Positions 1 to 10,398 of a DNA stretch of 64,000 bases are shown piece after piece. The translations under genes and the position numbers were made by a program. The notes under the pieces are model-generated. The model was not told where the DNA came from. It ran no database searches and saw nothing but the letters and a program-made list of their open reading frames with translations. Position 1 is the stretch's first letter. Each line of letters starts with the position of its first letter. Origin of the DNA: Candidatus Woesearchaeota archaeon (GTDB lineage: Archaea > Nanobdellota > Nanobdellia > Woesearchaeales > UBA119). The stretch covers positions 2,546-66,545 of the forward strand of contig JASGME010000004.1 in the NCBI GenBank assembly GCA_030156615.1, written 5' to 3'.

Positions 1-260
1 TAGATTCTGCTCATGCAGCTTTAATGAGCTTAGGTTATCTACCTCCTGTCCCTTCTAAAGTTGTTGATTATATGAGAAAAGCTAAAGAGTTCTCTGAAGA
101 AGACATATTGCTGGTTGAGAGAGTTATGTCTTTATATAAGAAGTTAAAGGTAAATGAATTGAAAAAATTTACAGGAGCAGAACTTGATTCTCTTATGGAA
201 GACACAGAAGCCTTTATTCAAAGAATGTCTGTAATTATAGATAAAAATCTCAAATCATAA
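1..260 (+). CDS. hypothetical protein, 5'-truncated at window edge (reading frame is open back to position 3)
   Basis: ORF-track 78-aa ORF; frame stays open upstream of Met24 (DSAHAALMSLGY...). No family motif recognised. Confidence 0.3.
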   Translation, partial: DSAHAALMSLGYLPPVPSKVVDYMRKAKEFSEEDILLVERVMSLYKKLKVNELKKFTGAELDSLMEDTEAFIQRMSVIIDKNLKS

Positions 261-263
261 AAA

Positions 264-1436
264 TTATCTTTTCTTCGCTAAAAGTTTCTTTAAATCAGAA
301 TCCTCAGATATTATGTATTTATCAATCTCTTTCCTTGCTTCTTCCCGCTTCCTTTGATGCTCTTTTAAAAAATTGTTTATCTTGTTAATCAGAATTTCTT
401 TGCATTCTCCGCACATTATTTCTCCCTTGAGGCATTTTCCTCTTATGTTATTAAGCTCAGAATCATCTAACATGAAGAGCATATAATAATATTGATAAAC
501 TGAGCAGATATCAGGATTACCCCCATATTTTCTTTGCTCTTCAACAGAAATTCTTCCTCCAGTGAATGCCTTCATCACTTTAGCTCTAACCTCTTCTTCA
601 GAGTCAGTTGTAAATATTGCACTTGATTCATTAGATGCTGACATCTTTTCTACTTTTTGAAGCCCAGGCAAAAATCCAGATTGTATTGAAGCCGGTTTAT
701 AATATCCAAGCTTAGGAAGTACATCCCTTGCTAATCTAAAATGAGGATCCTGATCAATTGCATGAGGAATTAGACAAGGAACATTCCTACCCTCTATCTC
801 GCTCTTAAGGATTGCAGGAACTGCTTGCATTGATGTAAAGAATATCTGGCCAATGTTGGAACTTTCTTTAAGACCGAAGCTAGCCCTTATCATCGAAAAG
901 GTAATTTTTTTGGCTATCTTTGCTGCATATTTATATAAAGCCCCTGCTAAATCAGTATCTGTAAATATTATCGTTTTTTTTGGATTGAAGCCCAATGCAA
1001 TAACATCAAGAGCATTCTCATAAGCTAATCTATTTGTTTCTTCAAGCGATAGCTTCTCGTTAAAATAAAATTTCTCATCATCAGTCATCTGGAACCATAG
1101 CTCAACATCAAATTTATCTTGAAGCCATTTAGTGAATATCCATGGCACAAGATGTCCTAAATGAATCTTTCCGGAAGGCCCTCTCCCTGTGTATAAAAAG
1201 AATTCATTTCCTTTTTCATACTCTGATAAAAGCCAGTCTAAATCACGATGAGCGAAGAAGATTCCTCTTTTTAAAAACGGATGAAGCTCCCCACTAACCT
1301 TTTCAAACCTTTTTAGAAGATTTTCATCTATCCTGCTTACTCCAAATTCCCTGATAACCCTATCGTAATCAATATCCCCACTAACCTTCCAAGGTGTTAT
1401 TTCAAAGCTCTTTTCTTTCATCTTCAAAATAAGCAT
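264..1436 (-). CDS. trpS: tryptophanyl-tRNA synthetase (archaeal/eukaryotic type)
   Basis: FFLYTGRGPSGKIHLGHLVPWIFTKWLQDKF...QMTDDEKF is near-identical to the eukaryotic/archaeal TrpRS HIGH region; KMSAS (KMSKS) motif present; 390 aa. Confidence 0.9.
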   Translation of the reverse strand: MLILKMKEKSFEITPWKVSGDIDYDRVIREFGVSRIDENLLKRFEKVSGELHPFLKRGIFFAHRDLDWLLSEYEKGNEFFLYTGRGPSGKIHLGHLVPWIFTKWLQDKFDVELWFQMTDDEKFYFNEKLSLEETNRLAYENALDVIALGFNPKKTIIFTDTDLAGALYKYAAKIAKKITFSMIRASFGLKESSNIGQIFFTSMQAVPAILKSEIEGRNVPCLIPHAIDQDPHFRLARDVLPKLGYYKPASIQSGFLPGLQKVEKMSASNESSAIFTTDSEEEVRAKVMKAFTGGRISVEEQRKYGGNPDICSVYQYYYMLFMLDDSELNNIRGKCLKGEIMCGECKEILINKINNFLKEHQRKREEARKEIDKYIISEDSDLKKLLAKKR

Positions 1437-1539
1437 ATAAATATTATATAAAGATTATGCTCATCCTTCAAATACGATTATACTCAAGATGTATTAGAAC
1501 ATATAAAAAGTTATAAATTAATGATTTCTACTAAAAATA

Positions 1540-2025
1540 ATGGGATTCAAAAAAAAATTAGCAACAATTGTTATTACTGCTGCCGTTGGCATAGGATCTA
1601 TTGGATGTTCAAAACCGAATGCAGTTATTTTAGAACAAAATAGTCAAGCTCAAAACATTGAGTATGTTTCTCAAAAAGATGCTTCCAAAGAAGGTATTAG
1701 TTATCTCTCTGGAACTGTAGTTGGTGTTGATGAGGAAAAATTCTCAATAACTGGTGGAGGCAGTTTTGCCAAAACAAACGGAGATTTCTATTACGAGATA
1801 ATAAGAGTCAAAGATGAAGATGGAGATATCAAAAAAATCTTGTATCCTTATTCAACTCCATACGAAAACGGCGATTATATAACGCTTCATTACGAAGAAA
1901 AAGATTCAATCAATTACAATGAACTGGTTAAGGATTATAGGTATAATGCCTTAAGAACCATGGAACCTCTCCAAAAGGGAAAAATTGAAGGGATAGATGG
2001 AATTGTTTCAGATAATCAAGATTAA
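1540..2025 (+). CDS. secreted/lipoprotein-like hypothetical protein
   Basis: N-terminal signal peptide ending in IGSIGCSKP (lipobox-like Cys); no known domain. Confidence 0.4.
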   Translation: MGFKKKLATIVITAAVGIGSIGCSKPNAVILEQNSQAQNIEYVSQKDASKEGISYLSGTVVGVDEEKFSITGGGSFAKTNGDFYYEIIRVKDEDGDIKKILYPYSTPYENGDYITLHYEEKDSINYNELVKDYRYNALRTMEPLQKGKIEGIDGIVSDNQD

Positions 2026-2034
2026 ATATGCATT

Positions 2035-3021
2035 ATGGCAAAAGAAACAGTTTATGGAATAATCTCTGACATTCATAACGGCATAGAAAAGGTCGGGCCA
2101 GCTATAGAAATCCTAAGAAAACTTGGAGCTGAAAAACTAATTATCAATGGTGATATTAGTAATCAGAAAGAGACTCTCGAAGAAAGTCAGTATGGAATCG
2201 CAAGAGTTCTTAATTACATTGGAATGAGTGAATTAGAAGCATATGTTCAACCGGGCGGACACGAATCCTTTCTTTCATTCAATCCAGTTCTTGATTATTT
2301 AACAAGCATCTATCAAAATATTATTGATGCTACAAAGATAAGAAAAGTTGACCAAAAGGATCATTCATTAGTGTTCCTCCCAGGCTCAGATTATCTTGCT
2401 ACTGGTGAATATCTTATAGGAAATAGTGAAAAGACAGGAAAATACATAAAAACAAACAATGGATTAAAAGAATTTAACGATATTGCAGAATATTTTGAAG
2501 AATTAAAAAAAGGGAATGCTGATGGGGTTATAGAATATTTTAATATGAAGGATTTAGAAAGCCTCGTTAATGATCCAGAGAGAACAATAGTAATTTGCCA
2601 TGTGCCAAGGAAATTCTATAATCTAGATAACTGCGTAGATATGGCAGATTTTGGAGAAGCAAAAGAGGATTTTATTTATGATGGAAAACCGATTAGAAAA
2701 GGGAGCATCTTCTCTAAGAAAATAGCTAAAAGGCTTGAGAAATCAGGTTTTCCAATTGAGCTAAAGAAAGAAAACAGAGGAAATGAAGACTTAAAAGAAA
2801 TTTATGAAAGGATTGGAATTAATAAGGCAATAAGCGGTCATTTTCACGAGAGTGCTCATAGAGCAAACGACGCAAAAGGCAATCATGTCAAGCAAGAAGA
2901 AAAGGTTAATGAATTATTTTGGAATGCATCCTATCTAGAAGGAAATTTAGTAGGAATTCTTATCGCAAATGATTCTTTTGTTAGTTATCTCAATATAAAC
3001 CTTAAAGACTATTTAAGATAG
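2035..3021 (+). CDS. calcineurin-like metallophosphoesterase
   Basis: GIISDIHNG (DxH), INGDIS (GD), ICHVP, GHFHES motifs of the metallophosphoesterase fold. Confidence 0.6.
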   Translation: MAKETVYGIISDIHNGIEKVGPAIEILRKLGAEKLIINGDISNQKETLEESQYGIARVLNYIGMSELEAYVQPGGHESFLSFNPVLDYLTSIYQNIIDATKIRKVDQKDHSLVFLPGSDYLATGEYLIGNSEKTGKYIKTNNGLKEFNDIAEYFEELKKGNADGVIEYFNMKDLESLVNDPERTIVICHVPRKFYNLDNCVDMADFGEAKEDFIYDGKPIRKGSIFSKKIAKRLEKSGFPIELKKENRGNEDLKEIYERIGINKAISGHFHESAHRANDAKGNHVKQEEKVNELFWNASYLEGNLVGILIANDSFVSYLNINLKDYLR

Positions 3022-3113
3022 GTTTTATTTTTGTGTTATTATAACAAATCTTAATCTATAGGAAAAAAACTTAAAACCAAAGATTTATAATCAAATTTAT
3101 CACTGCTATTAAA

Positions 3114-4799
3114 ATGGAAGAACAAGAAATTAAAAACAAGGCATACATCTTTGCACTGGAAAATGCAATCAAACATAATGGAAAAGCAAGCAAAGGTGCC
3201 ATCATTGGCAAGCTAATTGCAATGAACCCTTCTATTAAACAAAACATAAAAGATATTGAATCTATTCTTGATGATATTATAGATAAAGTTAACTCTCTCA
3301 ACGAAGAAAAACAGCTTGAAGAATTGAAAAAACTCGATGAAGCTCGTTACAACTCTCTATTTGAAAAGAAAGAGAAAAAGATGCCAGAACTACCAAATGC
3401 CATAGAAGGAAAGGTTGTTACCAGAATTCCACCAGAACCATCTAAATATCCACATATTGGACATGCATTATCATTTCTTATCAATTATGTATATGCAAAG
3501 AAATACAATGGAAGAACAATACTCCGTTTTGAAGATACAAATCCTCTAAAAGCATCTCAAGAGTATGTGGATGCAATCTATGATGGCCTAGATTACATAG
3601 GAATAAAACCAGATGAAATCAGATTTGCTTCAGATGATATGGAATTATTATATAGCTACGCAGAAAGATTGATTGATGAAAACAAAGCCTATGTTTGCTT
3701 CTGCGATAGAGACAAAATAGCTAAGTTAAGAGCTGAAGGAAAGGAATGTGGATGCAGAGAAAAAAATAGCGGGAATAACAAAGAAGAATGGAGAAAGATG
3801 CTTGAAGGCAAATATCAAGAAGGAGAATGTGTGTTAAGACTAAAAGGAGATATGAAATCAAAGAATTTTGTTATGCGAGATCCAGTAATATTTAGGATAA
3901 TAAAACAAAATCATTTTAGACAAAAAAACAAATATGTTGTTTGGCCAATGTACGACTTTGAGAACTCTATTGAAGATTCAATAATGGGCATAACACATAT
4001 CTTAAGGAGCAACGAGTTTGGCAATATGAGAATTGAATTACAGAACTACATAAAAGATTTATTAAAACTCTCAAAACAAACAATTGTTCAGTATGGTAGA
4101 TTTAATATTATCGGAGGCATCTCTCAAGGAAGAGAAATTAGGGATTTAATAACATCGGGAAAGGTTAAAGGATGGGATGACCCTCGTCTTGTTACCTTAA
4201 AAGCCCTAAAAAGAAGAGGCATTGTAAAAGAAACCTTTTTGGAACTTGTAAAACAAGTTGGTCTATCAAATACCCCTACAAATATCGATTGGAGTCTTAT
4301 AAGTTCATTAAACAGGAAAATACTTGATGATAAAACTCCAAGATACTTCTTTATTAAAGAATCAGTTGAGATTGAAATTGAATCAGTTGATGAAAGAATT
4401 ATTCAGGTTAAGAATCATCCAACTAAAGACCTAGGAACAAGAAGCTTCAAAATTAATGGAAAATTTATTATTGAGAAAGAGGATTATGAAAATTTTGAAT
4501 CAGGTAAAATATATAGATTAATGGATTGCCTTAATTTCAAAAAAGAAAAAGACAAGTTTTTGTTCCACTCTTTTGATTACAAAGAACTTCCTAAAAATTC
4601 AGCTATTGTTCAGTGGCTTCCTTCATCTGAAGAGAATATTGAAGTTAGAATACTAATGCCTGATGGAAATGAAATCAAAGGCATTGGTGAAAAATATCTT
4701 AAAGAACTTAAAGAAGGCAGCATTATCCAATTCCAGAGATTTGGTTTCTGTAGACTAGATTCAAAGGAGAAAATGTTGTTTGTGTTTTCACACAAATAA
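3114..4799 (+). CDS. gltX: glutamyl-tRNA synthetase (archaeal-type GluRS)
   Basis: Class I HIGH motif PSKYPHIGHALSF; archaeal GluRS length (561 aa); conserved catalytic core TRFPPEPSGY-like region. Confidence 0.88.
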   Translation: MEEQEIKNKAYIFALENAIKHNGKASKGAIIGKLIAMNPSIKQNIKDIESILDDIIDKVNSLNEEKQLEELKKLDEARYNSLFEKKEKKMPELPNAIEGKVVTRIPPEPSKYPHIGHALSFLINYVYAKKYNGRTILRFEDTNPLKASQEYVDAIYDGLDYIGIKPDEIRFASDDMELLYSYAERLIDENKAYVCFCDRDKIAKLRAEGKECGCREKNSGNNKEEWRKMLEGKYQEGECVLRLKGDMKSKNFVMRDPVIFRIIKQNHFRQKNKYVVWPMYDFENSIEDSIMGITHILRSNEFGNMRIELQNYIKDLLKLSKQTIVQYGRFNIIGGISQGREIRDLITSGKVKGWDDPRLVTLKALKRRGIVKETFLELVKQVGLSNTPTNIDWSLISSLNRKILDDKTPRYFFIKESVEIEIESVDERIIQVKNHPTKDLGTRSFKINGKFIIEKEDYENFESGKIYRLMDCLNFKKEKDKFLFHSFDYKELPKNSAIVQWLPSSEENIEVRILMPDGNEIKGIGEKYLKELKEGSIIQFQRFGFCRLDSKEKMLFVFSHK

Positions 4800-4962
4800 A
4801 ACATAAATAAAATAAAAGATTCACTTTACAATATTGAGCACTGATAGGATGCCATGAAATATAAAAACCATTGCAACAAGGAATACTAATAACCTTTGAA
4901 ATCTTAATATTAAAATCCCTCCTATAATGTAACTCACTCCTAAAAACATTCTGGCTGCTTTT

Positions 4963-5676
4963 TCAGGTCTCTTCATTTTTTGCCTCCTTCGTATATATTG
5001 TTTTTGCTATTATTATCATCCCTTCAATAATAAAACCTCCACCTAAAATATATTTAACAGATGCAGGTTCAATTAGAACAAAAAGTGCCATTCCTATGTA
5101 TATTGCTGAAGAGAATATTGCGCTTATATTCTTTGGCAAGAATGTTGTTTCTGTAAGCCTGTCGAGAGTTTTAAAGAAAGCTTTATCTCTTCCAAACAAA
5201 GATTTAATAGGATTCGGTTTGTTTTTTATCTGATTTCTAACGCTCTTCCAGAAGTCTGCGAAGAAAATCAGATTAAAGAAGATCGCTAATATAAACAAAG
5301 AGATGATATGCGTTAGGCCACTAAAATAATCACCCCATGTTAAGAGAAGCCCAATCTCATCTAAGAAGAGACCAAGTCCAATCCCATACATAATCGCAGT
5401 TGTTGATTTCTTAACCTTAGGCTTTTCAGTTATAGAAAGCCAACCTGCAATAGCAATGAGTAAAACTCCAAAGTAAAAGTGATGAATATGATATCCAAAT
5501 AAGATAATATTGCTGCCAATATAAAAATTAGTCCCTGGCAGACTTCCAGCCTTTGCAGCTTGTGCAAACTCAGAATCCGCTGATCCTGCAATTAAAACAA
5601 GCAATCTTATCGATATTAAACTAATTAAAAATGAAGCTGCTATGATAAATGGAAGACCTTTTTCTTTTATATTCAT
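4963..5676 (-). CDS. polytopic membrane protein, unknown function
   Basis: Six or more hydrophobic helices; no motif recognised. Confidence 0.4.
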   Translation of the reverse strand: MNIKEKGLPFIIAASFLISLISIRLLVLIAGSADSEFAQAAKAGSLPGTNFYIGSNIILFGYHIHHFYFGVLLIAIAGWLSITEKPKVKKSTTAIMYGIGLGLFLDEIGLLLTWGDYFSGLTHIISLFILAIFFNLIFFADFWKSVRNQIKNKPNPIKSLFGRDKAFFKTLDRLTETTFLPKNISAIFSSAIYIGMALFVLIEPASVKYILGGGFIIEGMIIIAKTIYTKEAKNEET

Positions 5677-5831
5677 AAAAATGTAAAGTAAAATAAGATA
5701 TAAAAAGATATCTTTTTCAATTAGAATTTATGGATGAATCAGTCAAAACCGAAAAGAATAAAAACAGAATTGAATAAGACTCTTTGAGAATAACCAAATC
5801 AAAAAAGATTTAGGTTAAAAGAGGTGAGACT

Positions 5832-6932
5832 ATGAAGTATTTAAAGATTTTAAATCTCCTATTTGTGCTCTTAATCTTTGGGGGAATAGGATTAGCTCAG
5901 GAAACAGAGCAAGCAGAGATTAATGAAACAATGGAAGCATTTGATGAACCTATTATTACATCAAATGAAGAAAACACAACTTCTGATGAAAATGAGCTTG
6001 AAGAAGAGTTAAATGAAACTGAATTATTAACTGAAACGGAATTAGAAGCTACAGAAGAGTATGAAGAAGACTATGATGAAGAATATGCAGTGGAAATTCC
6101 AAATGTTCCTGAAGAAGATTTAGAAGAAGCCAAGACATTTGCATATCCTTTAGGCGCAGAGTTGAGGATGTTACAGCTTGAGAAGGCAATTGAGAGAAAC
6201 ATTGCTTCAGGAGAATTGATTATAGAAGAAATTAAAGATGAAAATCTAACAACAGAAACAGATGCTCTAGAATCAATTTTAGATGAATTAAGGAGTTTGC
6301 TTGAGGAAGTTAAATCTTACGATTTTAATCAAGGAAAGTCCTCAGAAGAAATGGCATTAGATTTCGTTGAGTTAAAGGCCGAGGCAAGGGAATTGACAAC
6401 TCTTTTCAGAGAAACTGCAACAAATATAACAGGCAATATGCATCTTGAGATAAGAGAAAGAGTTAATGAAAGAATTAGGGAATTTAAAGAATCTCAGCAA
6501 AGAGAAATAAATGAACTAAAAAACAGATACAATAAAAGAGTTATGGAAGAGATTGCAGTCCAAGCTGGATTAGATGATGAAGTGACTGAGAAAATAAGGC
6601 AGGGAAACATTAATGTAGATGAATATAAGGAAACTCTGAAAGAGAAGATTGCTGAAAAAGGCAACAATATTGAGAAGCATGCTGCTTTGAACAATATGGT
6701 TAATATGAATGTTCGAGCAACCCAGACAAAGGAGATGACAAGGGAGCAGGGCTCAGATGTATTACGCAATGTTGAAGCAAATACAGAAAGAATAAGAAAA
6801 AATGTTGAAGAGAGAGCACATAAAGAAGAAATTTCAGGCTCTGACGAAGAAGTAGATGAAGTTTTAAAACAAGATAACATGAACTCTAACGACAAAAGAA
6901 ACAATTCAAACAATTCAGGTGATGAAGAATGA
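5832..6932 (+). CDS. secreted, extremely acidic coiled-coil protein
   Basis: Signal peptide (LLIFGGIGLAQE), then Glu/Asp-rich low-complexity and heptad-like segments. Confidence 0.45.
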   Translation: MKYLKILNLLFVLLIFGGIGLAQETEQAEINETMEAFDEPIITSNEENTTSDENELEEELNETELLTETELEATEEYEEDYDEEYAVEIPNVPEEDLEEAKTFAYPLGAELRMLQLEKAIERNIASGELIIEEIKDENLTTETDALESILDELRSLLEEVKSYDFNQGKSSEEMALDFVELKAEARELTTLFRETATNITGNMHLEIRERVNERIREFKESQQREINELKNRYNKRVMEEIAVQAGLDDEVTEKIRQGNINVDEYKETLKEKIAEKGNNIEKHAALNNMVNMNVRATQTKEMTREQGSDVLRNVEANTERIRKNVEERAHKEEISGSDEEVDEVLKQDNMNSNDKRNNSNNSGDEE

Positions 6933-7210
6933 AACAGAAATATTTTATGCTGGTTTTTTTAATGATAGGATTAGTCTTCCTCTCAGGGTGTGCAGAAACA
7001 AATCAGGAAGTAGATGAGGAATATATTGATGAAACAAATGGAAATGAAGAAAACGATTACGAAACTGACGAATCTATTGATGAGTCAACTCCTGATCAAG
7101 GAGATATGATTGATGTTCCTCAAGAAGACATAGATATGATTGTTGAAGAAACTATTAATCAGGCATTAGTAGATGATTCGGATGATGTAGAGATAGGAGA
7201 GATGATTTAA
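6929..7210 (+). CDS. small acidic lipoprotein-like protein
   Basis: Signal peptide with LSGCAE lipobox-like site; mature part about 40% D/E; start overlaps the upstream stop (ATGA). Confidence 0.4.
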   Translation: MKQKYFMLVFLMIGLVFLSGCAETNQEVDEEYIDETNGNEENDYETDESIDESTPDQGDMIDVPQEDIDMIVEETINQALVDDSDDVEIGEMI

Positions 7211-7233
7211 TTTTATCCAGATAAATCTTCTAA

Positions 7234-8949
7234 CTACATCTCCTCAAGAACAGGGATGCCAAGCAGCCACAAACCTTTTTTTATTATTTCAGATGAGGCA
7301 AGGAGAAGAGCTAGCCTTGCCTTCATCACCTCTTTATCTTCTCCGATTACCCTCTTATCATGATAATAGGAATTGATTAGCTGAGCAAAGTCAAGGAGAT
7401 AACGACAAAGCAGACTCGGTTTTAAGCTCTCTGCTGCCTTTTCTATTATTGAAGGAAATTCAAGAGCTAGCAATGCAATAGCCTTTTCCTCAATGCATTC
7501 ATCATTCTCAAAACATTTTAAGTCTATATTTTTTATAATATCTTTTGAATTCATTCCTGATTTTCTGACTATGCTTTTTATTCTTGCATAAGTGTATTGA
7601 AGATATGGACCAGTTTCACCTTGAAATGAAATTGATTCCTTTGGTTTGAAAAGAATATCCCTTGTTGGATCAACTTTAAGGATATAAAATTTCAATGCAG
7701 AGATTGCAATCTTCTCAGTTCTTTCTTTTTTTTCTTCTTCAGAAAGATTAGGATATCTCTGTTCAACCTCTGATAATGCAAGCCTCTCTAATTCTTCTAT
7801 TATTGAATCTGCATCAACAATATTTCCCTCTCTTGACTTCATCTTACCTCCTTCAAGGAGGATCATTCCATAAGCAAGATGATATAATTTATCTGAACTA
7901 GCGATATTTAAAAGCTCAATTATCTTGAATAGTTGCTTAAAGTAGAGCTCCTGTTCAGAAGCAACAACATAAATAGAGTAATCAATCTCAAAATCTTCAA
8001 ACTTCTTCTTTGCTAATGCAATATCCTGAGTAATGTACAATGCTGTGCCGTTGCTCTTTATCAATACCTTTTCAGGAAGACCATATTTTTCTAGAGGAGC
8101 GATTACCGCACCATCTTTTTCTTTAAAGATGTCTTTCTTTAACCCTTCCATAACTATTTCCTTCCCTTCTTTGTATATCTCAGATTCAAAGTATTCTTTA
8201 TCAAAAAGACATCCAAGCTTTTTGTATGTCTCTTTATATCCTTCAATTACAAAATCTCTTATTTTTTTCCATGAAGAAATTACTTCCTCGTCGTTTTCTT
8301 CCCATCTTTTTAAGATTCTCTGAGCTTCCTGCTCAAGCTCTGGCCTCTTTTTAACCTCCTTGTTAAAGAGAAGATACAAATCTCCAACGAAATGATCCGG
8401 TTTTTTGTTTGGTTCTTTTTCCTTTGCTAGATATAAATAAGCATATATCACCTTTGAAACACCTAAGCCTCTATCATTAAGAAGATTGACTTTTATCGTT
8501 TTATTCCCTTGATGCTCAAGGATTTGTGAAATAGACATTCCTAAAAGATTGTTTCTAACATGACCTAAATGCTGAGGTTTGTTTGTATTAGGTGATGAAT
8601 ACTCAATCATAATCTTTTTTGGCTCTTTTGATTGCTCGTATGTTATTCCTGAAATGAATGCTTCTATAACTTCATTAGCATTTAAAAAAAAGTTTAGATA
8701 AGGGCCGACTGCCTTAACCTTCTCAACATAATCTATCTTATTTGATGACAAATAATTTTCAATCTTTTTAGCAATCTCTTGTGGATTCTTTTGCATTTGT
8801 TTTGCTATTGGAAAACACTGGAATGCAAGGTCACCCAAATCAGGAGAAGGAGTCTTCTGAAACCAATCTGAAGAGAGCTCTAATTTAGAAAAATCATGAA
8901 TCCCTTTTATTTGTTCAATTATAATTCCCTTTATTCTTTCTATGTTCAT
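7234..8949 (-). CDS. argS: arginyl-tRNA synthetase
   Basis: HLGHVRN (HIGH) motif, 571 aa, C-terminal DALR-type anticodon-binding region ending in Met, as is typical for ArgRS. Confidence 0.88.
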   Translation of the reverse strand: MNIERIKGIIIEQIKGIHDFSKLELSSDWFQKTPSPDLGDLAFQCFPIAKQMQKNPQEIAKKIENYLSSNKIDYVEKVKAVGPYLNFFLNANEVIEAFISGITYEQSKEPKKIMIEYSSPNTNKPQHLGHVRNNLLGMSISQILEHQGNKTIKVNLLNDRGLGVSKVIYAYLYLAKEKEPNKKPDHFVGDLYLLFNKEVKKRPELEQEAQRILKRWEENDEEVISSWKKIRDFVIEGYKETYKKLGCLFDKEYFESEIYKEGKEIVMEGLKKDIFKEKDGAVIAPLEKYGLPEKVLIKSNGTALYITQDIALAKKKFEDFEIDYSIYVVASEQELYFKQLFKIIELLNIASSDKLYHLAYGMILLEGGKMKSREGNIVDADSIIEELERLALSEVEQRYPNLSEEEKKERTEKIAISALKFYILKVDPTRDILFKPKESISFQGETGPYLQYTYARIKSIVRKSGMNSKDIIKNIDLKCFENDECIEEKAIALLALEFPSIIEKAAESLKPSLLCRYLLDFAQLINSYYHDKRVIGEDKEVMKARLALLLASSEIIKKGLWLLGIPVLEEM

Positions 8950-9758
8950 TTTAGACTCAAGCCTCCAGATGGCAATAATCTTATTATTTCATCAAGATTA
9001 TTGTAGTTAAATTTCTTTTGTATCTGCTTCGCGATTTTTGATGTTTTTTCTTTTCCAGGAAAAATTCTGATGATTTCAGATGAACAATTTTTTGAGACTG
9101 CTTCATAAGGACTTATCATTAGCTTTTTGTCGGGCAACATCCCAATAGCAAGATTGAGCTTTCCATTTAAATAATTCACCTTTCCCTTAATCATGAAAGC
9201 TCCTTTTGGTAGATATTCACCAGCTCTTGGTTCTTTAGTAACTTGCTCAGGATTAACATAAAAAACCTCTAAAGAAGTTATGCCTTGTTTCCAAGCCTTT
9301 GAAAACGAAACCGTGAAATCTGCAGCCTCTTGTAATGTTTTTATTGTTGGCTCTTTCCCATCAATATCAGTTTTAATTACGCAAAACGGAGAACCTTTCA
9401 TATCAGTATGAAGCACAATATCATTCTGCGATGTATGCTTCTTAATGATAATTTCATTCGTTGTAGCATCTCTGCCTGCAATTACTAAGAAACCCTCTGA
9501 CGATATAAACCAACGATATTTGTCGTACCATCTCTCCTTTGCATTTATCTTGCTTTCTATCATCTCTTTTTTCTCAGCTTTTTCCTTCTCAATAGATTCT
9601 TCAAATGTTTTGAGCCTCTTTTTGAAATTTTCAACAGCCAATTTAGCACCATCTGTCTTTTTTTTGAGCCTTTTTGCTCTCTCAAAATAATCAGAAGCAT
9701 TCTCTTCTATACTTTTGTTTAAATCTATTTCAATCTCGTTCATAATTATAATGCTCAA
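8946..9758 (-). CDS. NFACT-R (DUF814) domain protein, RqcH/Rqc2 C-terminal-like, with N-terminal coiled coil
   Basis: FLVIAGRDATTNEII...HTDMKGSPFCVIK...EAADFTVSFSKAWK...EVFYV matches the DUF814 / NFACT-R pattern. Confidence 0.55.
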   Translation of the reverse strand: MSIIIMNEIEIDLNKSIEENASDYFERAKRLKKKTDGAKLAVENFKKRLKTFEESIEKEKAEKKEMIESKINAKERWYDKYRWFISSEGFLVIAGRDATTNEIIIKKHTSQNDIVLHTDMKGSPFCVIKTDIDGKEPTIKTLQEAADFTVSFSKAWKQGITSLEVFYVNPEQVTKEPRAGEYLPKGAFMIKGKVNYLNGKLNLAIGMLPDKKLMISPYEAVSKNCSSEIIRIFPGKEKTSKIAKQIQKKFNYNNLDEIIRLLPSGGLSLK

Positions 9759-9809
9759 AAAGGAAATATTTAAATATTTAGTTAAAGTATCAAACTAGAA
9801 GGTGATATT

Positions 9810-10361
9810 ATGTTTTGGACAATAATAATCATTGCTGTTGTCATCGTATTTATTGGGGCTTTCGTTGGAATATATAATAACCTCATTAGGAAAAAGAATG
9901 AGGTTGAGAATGCATGGGCTCAGATTGATGTTCAGCTAAAGAGAAGGACAGATTTAATCCCAAATCTTATTGAGACTGTTAAAGGATATATGAAACATGA
10001 GAAAGAAGTTCTAGAGAATATAACAAAGGCAAGAGCCAGTCTGATGAAAGCAGAAAGCGTGAAAGAGAAAGCAAATGCAGAAAACATGTTGGAATCTACA
10101 TTAAAATCTCTATTTGCTGTAAGCGAGAATTATCCTGATTTGAAAGCTAATCAGAACTTCTTGAAACTCCAAGAAGAGTTAACAAGTACTGAAAATAAGA
10201 TATCTTATGCTAGGCAGCATTATAATGATATGGTTATGTTCTTCAATAATAAAATAGAGCAATTCCCCTCAAACATGATTGCCTCTTTGTTTCATTTCAA
10301 GAAGAAGGAGCTATTTGAAGTTGAGGAAGCTGAGAAAGAACCTGTTAAGGTTCAATTTTAA
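9810..10361 (+). CDS. lemA: LemA family membrane protein
   Basis: N-terminal TM segment followed by the conserved LemA core [24 protein letters not shown]; a zinc protease gene lies downstream, as is usual for LemA. Confidence 0.8.
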   Translation: MFWTIIIIAVVIVFIGAFVGIYNNLIRKKNEVENAWAQIDVQLKRRTDLIPNLIETVKGYMKHEKEVLENITKARASLMKAESVKEKANAENMLESTLKSLFAVSENYPDLKANQNFLKLQEELTSTENKISYARQHYNDMVMFFNNKIEQFPSNMIASLFHFKKKELFEVEEAEKEPVKVQF

Positions 10362-10398
10362 GTTTTTAAGACTTCAGGTTTTTTAAGAAAAAAAGAAA

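Noticed and set aside
1-260. RuvA domain III-like (ALMSLGY) C-terminal fragment
   Set aside because: The resemblance rests on a few residues. RuvA is bacterial, and the fragment is too short and truncated to assign.
4821-4976. 51-aa minus-strand small membrane ORF between gltX and the 237-aa membrane protein
   Set aside because: Its start overlaps the stop of the upstream gene out of frame, and it has no convincing ribosome-binding signal. Evidence is too weak to call.
6494-6913. Antisense ORFs from the six-frame track (6494-6913, 3071-3301, 4610-4804, 8033-8323, 9445-9690, 10881-11306, 11478-11795, 13176-13424, 14286-14558, 15740-16077, 21751-21948, 23652-23861, 25192-25719, 26400-26890, 29397-29651, 35856-36131, 40186-40533, 41087-41798, 47308-48127, 49944-50317, 53113-54132, 61136-61393, 62193-62939 and others)
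   Set aside because: Each lies entirely inside, and opposite to or out of frame with, a gene that has strong family evidence. Their low-complexity Ser/Leu/Phe-rich translations are typical of AT-rich antisense frames.
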